A DNA stretch of 64,000 bases from Planctomycetota bacterium (GTDB lineage Bacteria > Planctomycetota > UBA1135 > UBA2386), in contig CANMWZ010000012.1 in assembly GCA_947501605.1 (NCBI GenBank), forward strand, positions 32,001-96,000. The letters run 5' to 3'. Each line of letters opens with the position of its first letter. The first letter of the stretch is position 1. Under the pieces are notes generated by a model that was not told the DNA's origin, searched no databases, and worked only from the letters and a program-made list of their open reading frames with translations. The position numbers were made by a program, and so were the translations under genes. Shown one piece after another: positions 39,219 to 49,264 of this stretch.

Positions 39219-41107
39219 TTGCCCTCCTCGGCGTTGTTCTCCTGGTTGAGCTTGGTCGCAAGCTTGCGCGTGAGATCACGGACCTTCACCTGCTTGCCCG
39301 AAAGCTCGACCGCCTCCGCTCTCCCCTCGTCGGTGTCGCGCATCTCAGCGGGCATACCTTCTTCGTAGTCCTTGGTGCGCTTGTTGACGCGCTCTTGCAG
39401 GTAGCGGACGAGCTTGAGTTCGGCCGAGATCGGCACGAGCTGAGGCTGTCCGTTGCACTGACCGGGCTCACCGCCGCCTTCGCGCTGTTCGATGGCCTTG
39501 CGCAGCGAATTGATCAGCAACTCGAGCGTCTGCTCGACCTCGAACTGACGCTCCTGCACCGGCTTGTCGGTAGCGTTGCCACGGCAGCGCTTCCCGACCT
39601 CGCGCAATTGGTCCTTGAGGTCGGAAACGATCTCGGGGAACACGGCAGTGGTGCCTTCTTCTTCGAGCAACTTCAGCGCATCAGAGGCCTCGACCTCGAG
39701 GTCCTGCTCGCCGGACGCGACGGCCTGGATGCGCGACTGCAGGGCAGCGGGCAGCCCACCGTCGGCAGTCAGCACCTGGGCGCGTGTCTTGTCGAGCGTC
39801 TTGGTCTGCAGCGATAGTTCGCGCTGCTTGGCCAGCATCGCCGTGAAGCGCTCTTCGAGTGCGCGCAGCACTTCGTCTTGCAGTTGCTGCCGCAGTTGGT
39901 TGATCGCTTCGTCGAGCTCGTCACGGGCCTTCTCGAGGTCTTCCTTGGCGTCCTGCTGCTTCTGTTTCGCCGGCTTGTACTCCTTGAGCTGACCCGCGGC
40001 GGCCTTCTGCTTTGGCACCGCCTGCTGCACCGACTTGCGACCAGGCGTCGGTTGACCGTCCTGGTTCTCGCCATCTTGCTCGGACTTCTCCATCTTCTGC
40101 GCGAGGGTGTCGGTCGCGTGCTGGGTGTCGTCCTGGCGCTTGGCCTGCTGGTCGAACGGCAGCTTCTCGAGTTCGCGGCGTGCCTGATCGGCCATCGCTT
40201 CGAGCTCTTTGACGGTCGACTTCAGTTGCTCGATCGCCTGATCCTGGTCCTTCAGCGACGGCTCGGCGTACTTCTGGTCGAGCTGCTGTTGTGCCTTGCT
40301 CATCGACTGCGCCGCGCTGCGCGCGCTGTTGCCCGACTTCGACGACGAACTCGGCGATGGCTTCGACGGCTTCGCTTCGCCGTCCTTCGGAGGCGCCGAC
40401 TCCGAGGGCATGGCCAGTTCGGCGGCCTTCTTGTCGAGTTGGTCAAGGTTCTTGCCGAGCTCTTCGGTTGCAGCCTTCAGCTCGTTCTCCTTCTGCGCCA
40501 GCGGCTTGGTCGCCTCGCCGACGGCCTGCAGGCCGAGCGCATTGGTCTGCTGGCGCAACTGCTGCTGTTCAGCGAGCAGTTGTTCGGTGGCGGCCTTGGC
40601 TTTTTGCACTGCTTCGAGCTGATCCTGCAAAGCCTGCGTGCGTGCCGATGCATCCTTCTCGGCCGCCTGATCCTTGACCAGCTGGTCGACTTCACCGCGA
40701 TAGCCCTTCAAGCGCTCGAGTTGTTCGAGCAACTTGGCGAGGTCGAGGTTGCGGTTTTGCAGCAGGTCGAGCAGTTGGACGAGATCGGCACGAACGGACT
40801 GCATGCGCTCGAGCGCGGCGTCCCACTTCTGCTGATCGAGCAGCGTGCGCACCTGGCCCATCGCGTCCTGGATCTTCTTCTCCTGCGCCAGCGTGAGGCC
40901 CGCGCGCACGAGCTTCACGTCGTCCTGGTTGCCGGCCTTCGTGAGGTAGGCGTGCAGGCGCTGCATGCTCTCCGTCAGCTCACGGAAGCGTGCTTCGGCA
41001 GACTGTTGCTGCTGCGCCACGGGCGGCGGGTCTTGCGCGAGCAACGCCTTAGTCGGAGCCGAGGCGAGGCAGATCGCCGCGCATGCCAATGCAAAGAATC
41101 GTCTCAT
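39215..41107 (-). CDS. Secreted long coiled-coil Gln/Glu/Lys-rich protein (DUF4175-like)
   Basis: Signal peptide; extended heptad-rich helical sequence; C-terminal QLVPISAELKL..LQERVNKRT. Confidence 0.75.
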   Translation of the reverse strand: MRRFFALACAAICLASAPTKALLAQDPPPVAQQQQSAEARFRELTESMQRLHAYLTKAGNQDDVKLVRAGLTLAQEKKIQDAMGQVRTLLDQQKWDAALERMQSVRADLVQLLDLLQNRNLDLAKLLEQLERLKGYRGEVDQLVKDQAAEKDASARTQALQDQLEAVQKAKAATEQLLAEQQQLRQQTNALGLQAVGEATKPLAQKENELKAATEELGKNLDQLDKKAAELAMPSESAPPKDGEAKPSKPSPSSSSKSGNSARSAAQSMSKAQQQLDQKYAEPSLKDQDQAIEQLKSTVKELEAMADQARRELEKLPFDQQAKRQDDTQHATDTLAQKMEKSEQDGENQDGQPTPGRKSVQQAVPKQKAAAGQLKEYKPAKQKQQDAKEDLEKARDELDEAINQLRQQLQDEVLRALEERFTAMLAKQRELSLQTKTLDKTRAQVLTADGGLPAALQSRIQAVASGEQDLEVEASDALKLLEEEGTTAVFPEIVSDLKDQLREVGKRCRGNATDKPVQERQFEVEQTLELLINSLRKAIEQREGGGEPGQCNGQPQLVPISAELKLVRYLQERVNKRTKDYEEGMPAEMRDTDEGRAEAVELSGKQVKVRDLTRKLATKLNQENNAEEGK

Positions 41108-41118
41108 GGGTCGTGCTC

Positions 41119-43437
41119 CTACTTGTCCTTGTCCGGCTGTTCACCACCCGATGGCTTGATGGCCTCGGGCTTCGACGGCTGAGCAGGCTTCTGGAAGATG
41201 CTCTCGCCAGCGGCCTTGATCTTGTTTTCGACTTCGCGGATGGCGGAGTCCTCGACTTTTATCACGCCGCGCAGTTGCTCGATGAGGCCCGCGAGGGTCT
41301 CGACCTGCTCCATCACTCGGAGAATCGCTTCGAGGCGCCGCAGGATCTCGGCGTAAGCGTCGACCGCAGCGCCCCTTAACTCCTCATCGCCGGTGTCGGC
41401 GAAAGTCGCAACCGCGTGTGCGCTGTTCGGGAAGGAGGCCTTCCCCAAGTCGAGCAGGGGCACGGCCGTCAGCGCCTCATACTCGCGCACCTTGCTGGGC
41501 TCCCAGATGCGGTTGTTCTCGTACTCCCAGAGGATGCGCTGGTACAGATCCGCGGTGAAGGCCGCGCGGCGACCGAGCGTTTGCTGCCGCGCTGCCAGTT
41601 GTTTGAACTGCAATCGCGCCTGCGCGGCTCGGGAGTCGTTGGCCTTCGGACTCAGGGTTTCGCGCAGCGCCAACAACGCTGCCGACTCTTCGTCGCGCAC
41701 CTTCTCCAGCTCCATCCGCTGTTCGACCTGACGACGACGCAGTTCGTCGACAAGCTTCTCGCGCGTGACGACGCGAAACGCAAAGGCCTCGCCCTTGCTC
41801 GTATGCGGCTCGCCAGGACCGAAGTTGTCGGTCGCGCAGAAGCGCAGCGACAGCAACATGCCAGGCCGTACCTCGTTGCTCGGATCCTCTTCCGTCTGCG
41901 GCTTCGGGTTGCGCTGCATCACATCGAGGATGCCCGTGGTGTCGTAGCGGACGCTGCCCGGTTCGAGCGCGTCGGCGAGGGCCATCTCCATCGGCACGAA
42001 CGGGAGCTCCAGGGGCGGCGCAACTGCGGACTGTTCGGTCGCAGTCGGCGCCTTCGCTTCCGGCGCGTCGATGACGGCGCGGAACTCGGCTGCGACCTTG
42101 GTCACGCCGAAGTCGTCCTTGCACTTCAGCTCGCCCGGGATGCGCACCTGAGCAGTGACCAACGGGCCGATGCCGCGCAGCTTGAACTCCACGCTCGGAG
42201 CCTTGTCCTCGACCATGCGCACGAACAGCTTTGGTGGAGTTGCGGCGCCAAGTTGATCGGTGTCGATCACATCGATCGTCAAGAGACCACCGGCCTCGGG
42301 GGCTACGGCGCCCGAGAAGACCATCGCGTCGGCATCGAGCTCCAGCGGCAGCTTCGTGTCGGCCAGCAACGCAAACGCGGACGCCAGCTTCTTGTGACTG
42401 GTGCCACGCAGGCGCAGCTGGCTGCCGCGGACGATGCGGAGTTCGCCCTCCGTCGGCGGCACGTCCTCCGGCTCCTTCTGCATGTATGACGGGAAGACGA
42501 TCTGCAGCGTGACATTCTCGATGCGCGGGCGAGCGACGATCTCGATGCGCAGCGGCGTCGAGATCCCGTCGCCTCCTTCGGCGACGATCGTCGCGTTTTC
42601 GAGCAGCGTCTCCATCGTCAGCGTGAACTCGCCGTCACCGGTGCGACTCATCGGCTCGTACGCGGTATCGCCGTTCGCAAACGTACTGCGCAAGTGCACC
42701 TGCTCCGGCAGTTCGCCCGCGGCGCGCACGATGATGGTCAGCGGGTCGCCCTGCGGCAGTCGCCTCACACCCTCGCCGACGTCGGCGAAGTGCAGTTGCG
42801 TGTAGCGCGGCCACTCGACGCTCGACAGCATCAGATTGCGCTGCGCCCAGAGCTGCAGCGCCGCGCCCGAGGCAAGGCCCCAGACGACGAATACGAGCCC
42901 GATACCGACGAGGGCCGAAGTCGCACGCCGCATGCGGCCTGCATCCAGCGCCTCCGCGAACGGCATAGCCGCGACGCGGGCCTCGACGTCGACCACGACG
43001 GCGCGCATCAGCTCCCGCGACTCGGTTACGCGGCGCTCACCGCTCAGCGACCGCTCGAACTGCATCGAGCTGATGAGCGACTGTCGCAGGCCGGGTGTCT
43101 GGCGTTCGACGGCCAGTGCCAGATCGTCGTCCCCGAGTTGCACCCGCAGTGGCACGACGAGGCGCTGCCACACCGTCCGCGCCACGAGCACGAGGAACAC
43201 GCACAACAGGACAGCGCGGACCGGCGTCTCGAGCCGCAAGGTGCGATCGGCAGCAAACGTCAGCGCCGCGTAGACGAGGAGTGCTGCGACGACGTAGGCC
43301 GACGACTCGGTCCACACCGCCACTCGAATCTTGGCCCGCAGCAACGCGAAGCGGAAAGCAGCAACGCGCAGCACCGAACTGGCCGGGCCGGGGCCTTCGT
43401 GCTCGCGTGGCACCAGCGGCGGAGGGGCGGCGGTCAT
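41119..43437 (-). CDS. DUF4175-like membrane protein (3 TM + Ig-like domains + coiled coil)
   Basis: LALAVERQTPGLRQSLISSMQF, PSYMQ, DKAPSV, DDFGV, ATDN. Confidence 0.78.
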   Translation of the reverse strand: MTAAPPPLVPREHEGPGPASSVLRVAAFRFALLRAKIRVAVWTESSAYVVAALLVYAALTFAADRTLRLETPVRAVLLCVFLVLVARTVWQRLVVPLRVQLGDDDLALAVERQTPGLRQSLISSMQFERSLSGERRVTESRELMRAVVVDVEARVAAMPFAEALDAGRMRRATSALVGIGLVFVVWGLASGAALQLWAQRNLMLSSVEWPRYTQLHFADVGEGVRRLPQGDPLTIIVRAAGELPEQVHLRSTFANGDTAYEPMSRTGDGEFTLTMETLLENATIVAEGGDGISTPLRIEIVARPRIENVTLQIVFPSYMQKEPEDVPPTEGELRIVRGSQLRLRGTSHKKLASAFALLADTKLPLELDADAMVFSGAVAPEAGGLLTIDVIDTDQLGAATPPKLFVRMVEDKAPSVEFKLRGIGPLVTAQVRIPGELKCKDDFGVTKVAAEFRAVIDAPEAKAPTATEQSAVAPPLELPFVPMEMALADALEPGSVRYDTTGILDVMQRNPKPQTEEDPSNEVRPGMLLSLRFCATDNFGPGEPHTSKGEAFAFRVVTREKLVDELRRRQVEQRMELEKVRDEESAALLALRETLSPKANDSRAAQARLQFKQLAARQQTLGRRAAFTADLYQRILWEYENNRIWEPSKVREYEALTAVPLLDLGKASFPNSAHAVATFADTGDEELRGAAVDAYAEILRRLEAILRVMEQVETLAGLIEQLRGVIKVEDSAIREVENKIKAAGESIFQKPAQPSKPEAIKPSGGEQPDKDK

Positions 43438-45944
43438 AGGAGGTTGAACCTCTTGCGCAGTAGCCACTCGAGCGAAAGCGCGATCAGCAAGATCGCGACG
43501 GTGATCCAGCCGTCCCAGATCGCGTGCGGCGTGCGGTAGGTGTCCGTGGCGCTGCGCGAGGGGATCTCGCCGAGCGCGGCGAACAGAGCCGCTGGGGTAT
43601 CGAACAACCGACCGCCATTGGCGGCTGCGATCGCAGCAAGTTCGGATCGATCCACCGGACCCTCGCTCTCGATCTGGGCGGGGACCACCTGGAACGGCAC
43701 TTCCACACTCTTGCCGCCCGCCGCCAGCGTTCGCAGCCGGTAGACACCGAGTTGGTCGGGTCGCAGCTGCAACTGGTAGGAACCGGGCACCTCGGCGACC
43801 GGCTCGAGCTTCAGCGGTTCGAGTTCTTTGCCCTCGCGTTCGAGCAGCAGCTCATACGTCGGCGACACCAGCGGCTGCATCTGTTCGTCCTTGGCGTCGA
43901 CGGTGATCGTCAGCGCGTCGCCGAGCTCGACCTTCTCGTCGCTGATGCGCAGCTGGAGGCGGCTGTTGCCGGCGTGAATGCGGCCGTCGAACAAGAAGCG
44001 GATGCCCTTGACCCACAGACGGTCGTAGGCGTCCTCGAACAACGAACGCCACCGATAGGTCTCGTCGATGCCGCTGAAGATCACGCGCCCTGCTCCCACG
44101 AAGTGCGAAGCCACGAGCGGCATGCCGCGGCCATCGCGCTTCAGGCGAGGATCGCAGTTCTCGTGCACCACGAGCACGGTTGCGGCGGGCTTGAGTTGCT
44201 TGACCGGGAACGCCAGGTGGAAGCCCGGGAGCCGCGACCACATCAAGCGACACTGCTCGCGAGACTCGGTGATCCGCGTGATCTTGCTGGCGACGCCGTC
44301 CTCGCCCTCGGGAGTCAGCGTGTAGGGATAGAGCCTCGTATGCGCGAGCCCAAGACCGAGGTTGGCGACACTCTCGGCGTAGACGAGATCAGGAACGATC
44401 GGCAGCAGATCGACGAGCGACTTGGTCGGAGAGGTCTCTTTGAACGAGTCGATGGCGAACTTCTCGCCAGCGATCCACCACAAGCCGCAGCCATTCTCGA
44501 GCACGTGCTTGCGCAGCAACTCGCAGAATGACGGTGTCAGCTTGCTGGCGTCCGGATCGATGGCGATGACCACGTCGAACGGGTCGAGCTGCTTCTCGTC
44601 GACTGGCAATGCGTCAAGACGCACCCCTTCGTCACCGTCTTGAGGAAAGTTCGGATCAGCGCTCTGCAGCCAGCAGCTGACATCGATCGTCTTGTCGCGA
44701 ATCAGCAAGTTGCGCAGGATCTGGAACTCGTGGTTCGAACCGCCCGCAAGCAACAGCACGCGCGCTCGTTCGCCCAACACTTCGACCGGCAGGTTCTTCT
44801 GATGCCGCTCGGGGGCGGGCGGTTCGCCGCTCGGCGGTTCGATCACGGCGCGGTAGACAAAGCGTCCAATCTCCACCGAAGTGATGTCCTTCCACTCGAC
44901 GACGGCTTCGCTGACGGCGCCGCCCACTTCGAGTTGCTGCGTGCGCACCACCGACTCAACGCCCTCGGCGTCGGTGCGCAGCAGGCGGATGGTCATCGGC
45001 ATGGCGTCGTAGCCCTGCGCGACAACGGTGGCGCGGACTTCAAACGGGTCCTTCTGAAACACCTTCTCTGGCGCCTCGAAGTGGCCGATTGCAACCGTCT
45101 GCGTCGCCGACGAATCGCCGATGCCGAGCACGAAGGTGTGCGGCACCTTGCGCTGATTGAGCATGCGCGCAATCTCGGCGGCCTGCGGGCCCGCGTTGCG
45201 CCGGCCGTCACCCAGAATCACGACTGCGGCGATCTCCGAGTTGCGGCTCTTGTCGAGCGCCGAACGCAGGGATCCACCAAGGTTGGAGTAGCGGCCCTTG
45301 GCGGCGATCGCGGCAACATCGAGGCGCGGCGGCGAAAGCCTGCCTTGGTCGTCGCGCGGCGCCGCAGTACTCGAGCTCGAGGCGCCATTGGCCGGCGCCA
45401 GCAAGGGCAACGCATCGATCCCCGACGAATAGCCGTAGAGCATCACGTCGTTCTTGGCCGCAAGTGCGCGGGTGAGCGCGCCGTCATCGTGCGCCAGCAG
45501 CGCCTTGAGCAACTCGATACGCGGCACCGATGCGGGCTCAGCGATCCCGATGCTGCGCCAACCGTCAGCCAGCGCCCGGACTTCGTCGCGGCGGTAGGGA
45601 TCGAGCTGTTGCATCGACTGGCTGGTGTCGGCCAGCAGGATTGTGGTGCCGGGGCGCGTGTCGTGCTTCACCGCCACGAGATTTGGCTCCAGCAACAGCA
45701 GCGCGGCCGCGAGCACCGCGAGTCCGCGAAGGCTCACCAGCATCAGGCGTTGCCGCGAGGTCAGGTTCTTGCCATCGCGCCGGTAGACGAAGCTGACAAA
45801 CAGCACCAGCAGCAACAGCAACAACAGCACGGCGAGGCCGAGGCCACCGCCGGGGAAGCTGGCGAACTCAAACTGCATCTCGACACCATCGGTGGCGATG
45901 CCTTGGAGGTTGGCGATCCAGCGGAGCAGTTCCTGCATGGTCAT
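43434..45944 (-). CDS. vWA domain membrane protein with Ig-like and glutamine-amidotransferase-like domains
   Basis: MIDAS DTSQS, GDG; ARVLLLAGG; GAGRVIFSGIDETYRWR; C-terminal TM ending EWLLRKR. Confidence 0.85.
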   Translation of the reverse strand: MTMQELLRWIANLQGIATDGVEMQFEFASFPGGGLGLAVLLLLLLLVLFVSFVYRRDGKNLTSRQRLMLVSLRGLAVLAAALLLLEPNLVAVKHDTRPGTTILLADTSQSMQQLDPYRRDEVRALADGWRSIGIAEPASVPRIELLKALLAHDDGALTRALAAKNDVMLYGYSSGIDALPLLAPANGASSSSTAAPRDDQGRLSPPRLDVAAIAAKGRYSNLGGSLRSALDKSRNSEIAAVVILGDGRRNAGPQAAEIARMLNQRKVPHTFVLGIGDSSATQTVAIGHFEAPEKVFQKDPFEVRATVVAQGYDAMPMTIRLLRTDAEGVESVVRTQQLEVGGAVSEAVVEWKDITSVEIGRFVYRAVIEPPSGEPPAPERHQKNLPVEVLGERARVLLLAGGSNHEFQILRNLLIRDKTIDVSCWLQSADPNFPQDGDEGVRLDALPVDEKQLDPFDVVIAIDPDASKLTPSFCELLRKHVLENGCGLWWIAGEKFAIDSFKETSPTKSLVDLLPIVPDLVYAESVANLGLGLAHTRLYPYTLTPEGEDGVASKITRITESREQCRLMWSRLPGFHLAFPVKQLKPAATVLVVHENCDPRLKRDGRGMPLVASHFVGAGRVIFSGIDETYRWRSLFEDAYDRLWVKGIRFLFDGRIHAGNSRLQLRISDEKVELGDALTITVDAKDEQMQPLVSPTYELLLEREGKELEPLKLEPVAEVPGSYQLQLRPDQLGVYRLRTLAAGGKSVEVPFQVVPAQIESEGPVDRSELAAIAAANGGRLFDTPAALFAALGEIPSRSATDTYRTPHAIWDGWITVAILLIALSLEWLLRKRFNLL

Positions 45945-45954
45945 CTCGGGCCGC

Positions 45955-48201
45955 TCAGCGGCGTCCGAACCTCCAGGCCAGAAGGGTCTCGAGCAGCAGC
46001 GCGAGCAACATGCCAAACCCGAGCAGGCGCCACAATTCGCCCTCGCTGCCACCACTCCCGAGGCCCGCGCTCTCGTCGCGGAACGTCACTCGATCGTGTA
46101 TCTCGGGCGGGAACACCCGCGTGAAGTCCGCAGTCGCAAGGCGCACGAGGCGGCTCTCGAAGATGTCGGGATTGCGGGCAAACACGCGCGTCTCGACCGT
46201 GCCGGAGTGCAGTCTGAGTTGGACGTCGTAGCAGCCGAGCGACGTGAGTTCGGCCATCGGCAGCGCCAGCTCCAGTGCGCGCGGGACGGACTCGGCGGTC
46301 GTCGTCGGGCTCGTGGCCGGCGAAGCGACTTCGGGCAGCGTTGCCGTCAGCGTCCGCTCGTCACCATCTTCGGCCAACGCCCGTACGACGACGTCGGCTT
46401 CGTAACTGCCCGGATCGAGTTGCAGGCGGTAGATGCCATCGGGCTGCAGGTTCCGGCTCGCGAGTTCACGGGGGCGGCTGGCAAAGCGGTGCACCTGGTG
46501 CGCCATCACCACATTGGCGTCGGTGTCCGGCCAATTGGACCAGTGCTTGTCGGCCGAGAACGCGAACAGCACGACTTCACCGCCGCCGCTGCCGAACGTG
46601 CGGGTGACGATTGCCGGCGGGCCGTCCGCATCGCGCATGCGCGCGAGAACCGCGGCGTTGGCACTCCGCTCCTCGACGATCGTGAGGTAGCGCTTGGCCA
46701 GCACGGCATTGTCGATCAACAACTGCAAGACATCGCCGATCTTGCCGCAAACAGGATGGCTCTGATCGGTCAAGACGACGTGTTCGCGTCGATCCGGGTC
46801 GCCGGCGATGTCGCCGAGCGGCAGCGGCAAGAGGCCCTGCCCGCCACGCCACATCGCGTCCGTGTAGCGAACCGGGTCGACCTGCGCACCGACGAAGATC
46901 GCGATGCCGCCACCAGCGGCCGCGAACCGTTCCAACTTCTCGACCGTGCTGCGCGGCGGCACCGGCACGTTGCACAGCCAGATCATGTCGAACGGAGCGA
47001 GGTCGAGTTCGGCGAGCGAACTCTCGGCGACGACCTCGGCCGCGATCCCCGACGGTTGATCGCTGCCCGGGTCGAGCGCGACCTGCAAGAACAGCGTTTC
47101 GCCGCCTTCGCCGTCCTCGGGCTCCCCATCCACGAGCAACACGCGCGAACTCGGCAGCACCGGCAACGCGAGCGCACGGCGGTCATCGACCAGGTAGTGG
47201 TCGACCGCGACGAAGGACGCCTCGACCCGATGATCGCCCGGCTGGTGAAACGTGTGCACCACTGCGACCGAGACGCGTTCACCGGGCGCGAGCGGCGGCA
47301 ACGGGCGCGCAACGCGGGTCTTGCCGTCGACCTCGATCGCGAGCTCACCGGCTGCCGTGGCATCGAGACCGAGGTTCTGCACATCGATCGCGAGTTCGAC
47401 CGGTACGCCCGCCGTCGCCAGACGATCGACGCACCGGACCGCGACGATCGCGAGGTTGTCGGCGTCGCGCGAACCGACACCCGTGGCGTGCAGGTGTTCG
47501 TTCTGCGGATCGAAGGCTGCAATCGTCTGCAGCAACTTGCCGCGTGGCTTGTCGTCGTCGCCGATCCAGTCGATCGCCCGGAGGTCACCGACGAGGTAGT
47601 AGTCGTTACGACTGGCCTCCTTCATCGCCGTCGCGCGGGCGCGGGCATCGTGGAGGACGCTGCCAAAGTCTGCCGTGCCGTCGCCTACCCGCATCTCCGC
47701 CAGCACTGCCCCGACCCGGCGTTCGAGATCTTCGCCAACTCGCTGCGCCCACAAGTCAGGCTGCGCTGGTCGGCTCGCCCGCAGGATCGACAACAGGTCC
47801 CCACTGCGCGAGTCGGCGAGGGCTGTCACGAGCTGTCTGACCTGGTCCTGCGCCTTGTCCCAGAGCGCAACACTGCCACTCCGCTGGCGCATCGAGGCGG
47901 TGTCGTCGAGCACGACGACGTGGTGCGTGACCGTCGAAACGAGACCACCGCCACCGAGTTGGGGCCGCGACACCAGCATCACCAACAGCAGCACCGCCAG
48001 TGTTCGCAGCAACAGCACGAGCCATTGCTCCATGCGCAAGCGCTTGCGGTTGCGCTCGAGAGCCTTGAGCAAGTACTCCATCGCAGCCCACGACACCTGC
48101 TGGAACCGTCGGCGATTCAGCAGATGGATGAGGATAGGCACTGCCGCGAGTGGCACCGCCCAGAGCAGCATCGGGTTGAGGAATGAGAACGCGAAGATCA
48201 C
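45955..48201 (-). CDS. BatA-domain / vWA protein with CARDB-like and GATase-like domains
   Basis: FLNPMLLW...VPILIHLLNRRR...WAAMEYL (BatA N-terminus); LDDTASM (MIDAS); C-terminal TM ending AWRFGRR. Confidence 0.9.
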   Translation of the reverse strand: MIFAFSFLNPMLLWAVPLAAVPILIHLLNRRRFQQVSWAAMEYLLKALERNRKRLRMEQWLVLLLRTLAVLLLVMLVSRPQLGGGGLVSTVTHHVVVLDDTASMRQRSGSVALWDKAQDQVRQLVTALADSRSGDLLSILRASRPAQPDLWAQRVGEDLERRVGAVLAEMRVGDGTADFGSVLHDARARATAMKEASRNDYYLVGDLRAIDWIGDDDKPRGKLLQTIAAFDPQNEHLHATGVGSRDADNLAIVAVRCVDRLATAGVPVELAIDVQNLGLDATAAGELAIEVDGKTRVARPLPPLAPGERVSVAVVHTFHQPGDHRVEASFVAVDHYLVDDRRALALPVLPSSRVLLVDGEPEDGEGGETLFLQVALDPGSDQPSGIAAEVVAESSLAELDLAPFDMIWLCNVPVPPRSTVEKLERFAAAGGGIAIFVGAQVDPVRYTDAMWRGGQGLLPLPLGDIAGDPDRREHVVLTDQSHPVCGKIGDVLQLLIDNAVLAKRYLTIVEERSANAAVLARMRDADGPPAIVTRTFGSGGGEVVLFAFSADKHWSNWPDTDANVVMAHQVHRFASRPRELASRNLQPDGIYRLQLDPGSYEADVVVRALAEDGDERTLTATLPEVASPATSPTTTAESVPRALELALPMAELTSLGCYDVQLRLHSGTVETRVFARNPDIFESRLVRLATADFTRVFPPEIHDRVTFRDESAGLGSGGSEGELWRLLGFGMLLALLLETLLAWRFGRR

Positions 48202-48211
48202 TGGCGCCGAC

Positions 48212-49264
48212 TCAACGTTGGTAGATGGGGACGAGAGCGAACGGCAACTGCAGGATCGTCAGCGCGATGGCGGTGCCGAAGACCGGACCGCAACCATCGC
48301 TCTCCCACGAACCATCCTTGCGCTGCAAGCGCACGAGATAGGGTCCGATCTTGGCGAGGTAGTCGTCCCAGTCCTTACCGCCGCGCTGGTACAGCGCCTG
48401 CGAGAAATAGAGCTGCGTGTAGAAGTGATGGCCCGTCGTGTCGGACGTCGGATTGACGTTGCGCATGACGTACTTCATCGCCTTGTCGACGAACGGCTGA
48501 TCGTCGTAGAAGCCGGCGTTGTAGAGCACGGCGACGCCGGCAGCGCTGATGGCGGGCCGGCTGGAGCCGCGCGATCCGAGGCTGTAGCTGATGCCGCCGT
48601 CCGCGTTCTGGCACTTCTTGATGTAATCGACGGCACGATCGATCGTCTTCTTGTCGACGACGATGCCGTCCATCCGACAGGCGCGCAGCGCTTGCACTTG
48701 CGTGACCGTCACGCTGCCTTCGTCACCACCTGAGTCGGGCGTGTAGATCCAACCGCCGGCGCTCGACTGCGCGCGCTCCACCAGCTTCACCGCCCGCGTC
48801 AGCACGCCCTGAAGTCTCTGTTGGCGCTGCGCGTCCTCTTCCATGCCATAGACCGACGCGAGATACAGCAACGCGAAGCCGTGCCCGTACATGTTCCGGT
48901 TCTCGGTCGACATGTCGGTGATGACGCCAGTCTGCGGATCGGCCTGCTTCATCAAGAACTCCATCGACTGGCGCACTTCGCGCCAATGCACGCCGCGGGT
49001 GGGCGTCGATCCCGATGCGACCAGAGCCATGCCAGCAAGGCCGGTCATCGCGGTGGGATACGTGCCGTGACCACCAGCGTTGCGCCACGAGCCATCGGTC
49101 GACTGGTTGCGTTTCAAGTACTGCAGCCCGCTCTGGATCGAAGTGTACATCTCGCGCGAGATGCCGCGCGGCAGCAGCTCTGGGACCGCTTGTGCCCTAG
49201 CAGTTGCGCCGAAGAGCAGGATCGTGGCGAGAGCAGACACAGCGAGTGCATGTGGCGTCGTCAT
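48212..49264 (-). CDS. Secreted prenyltransferase/squalene-oxidase-repeat (alpha-alpha barrel) protein
   Basis: QW-like repeats NQSTDGSW, AQSSAGGW, CQNADGG, LQRKDGSW; MYGHGFA; signal peptide. Confidence 0.88.
   Translation of the reverse strand: MTTPHALAVSALATILLFGATARAQAVPELLPRGISREMYTSIQSGLQYLKRNQSTDGSWRNAGGHGTYPTAMTGLAGMALVASGSTPTRGVHWREVRQSMEFLMKQADPQTGVITDMSTENRNMYGHGFALLYLASVYGMEEDAQRQQRLQGVLTRAVKLVERAQSSAGGWIYTPDSGGDEGSVTVTQVQALRACRMDGIVVDKKTIDRAVDYIKKCQNADGGISYSLGSRGSSRPAISAAGVAVLYNAGFYDDQPFVDKAMKYVMRNVNPTSDTTGHHFYTQLYFSQALYQRGGKDWDDYLAKIGPYLVRLQRKDGSWESDGCGPVFGTAIALTILQLPFALVPIYQR

Noticed and set aside
48212..49264. Squalene-hopene cyclase call
   Set aside because: Single barrel of about 350 aa, signal peptide present, no DxDD motif.
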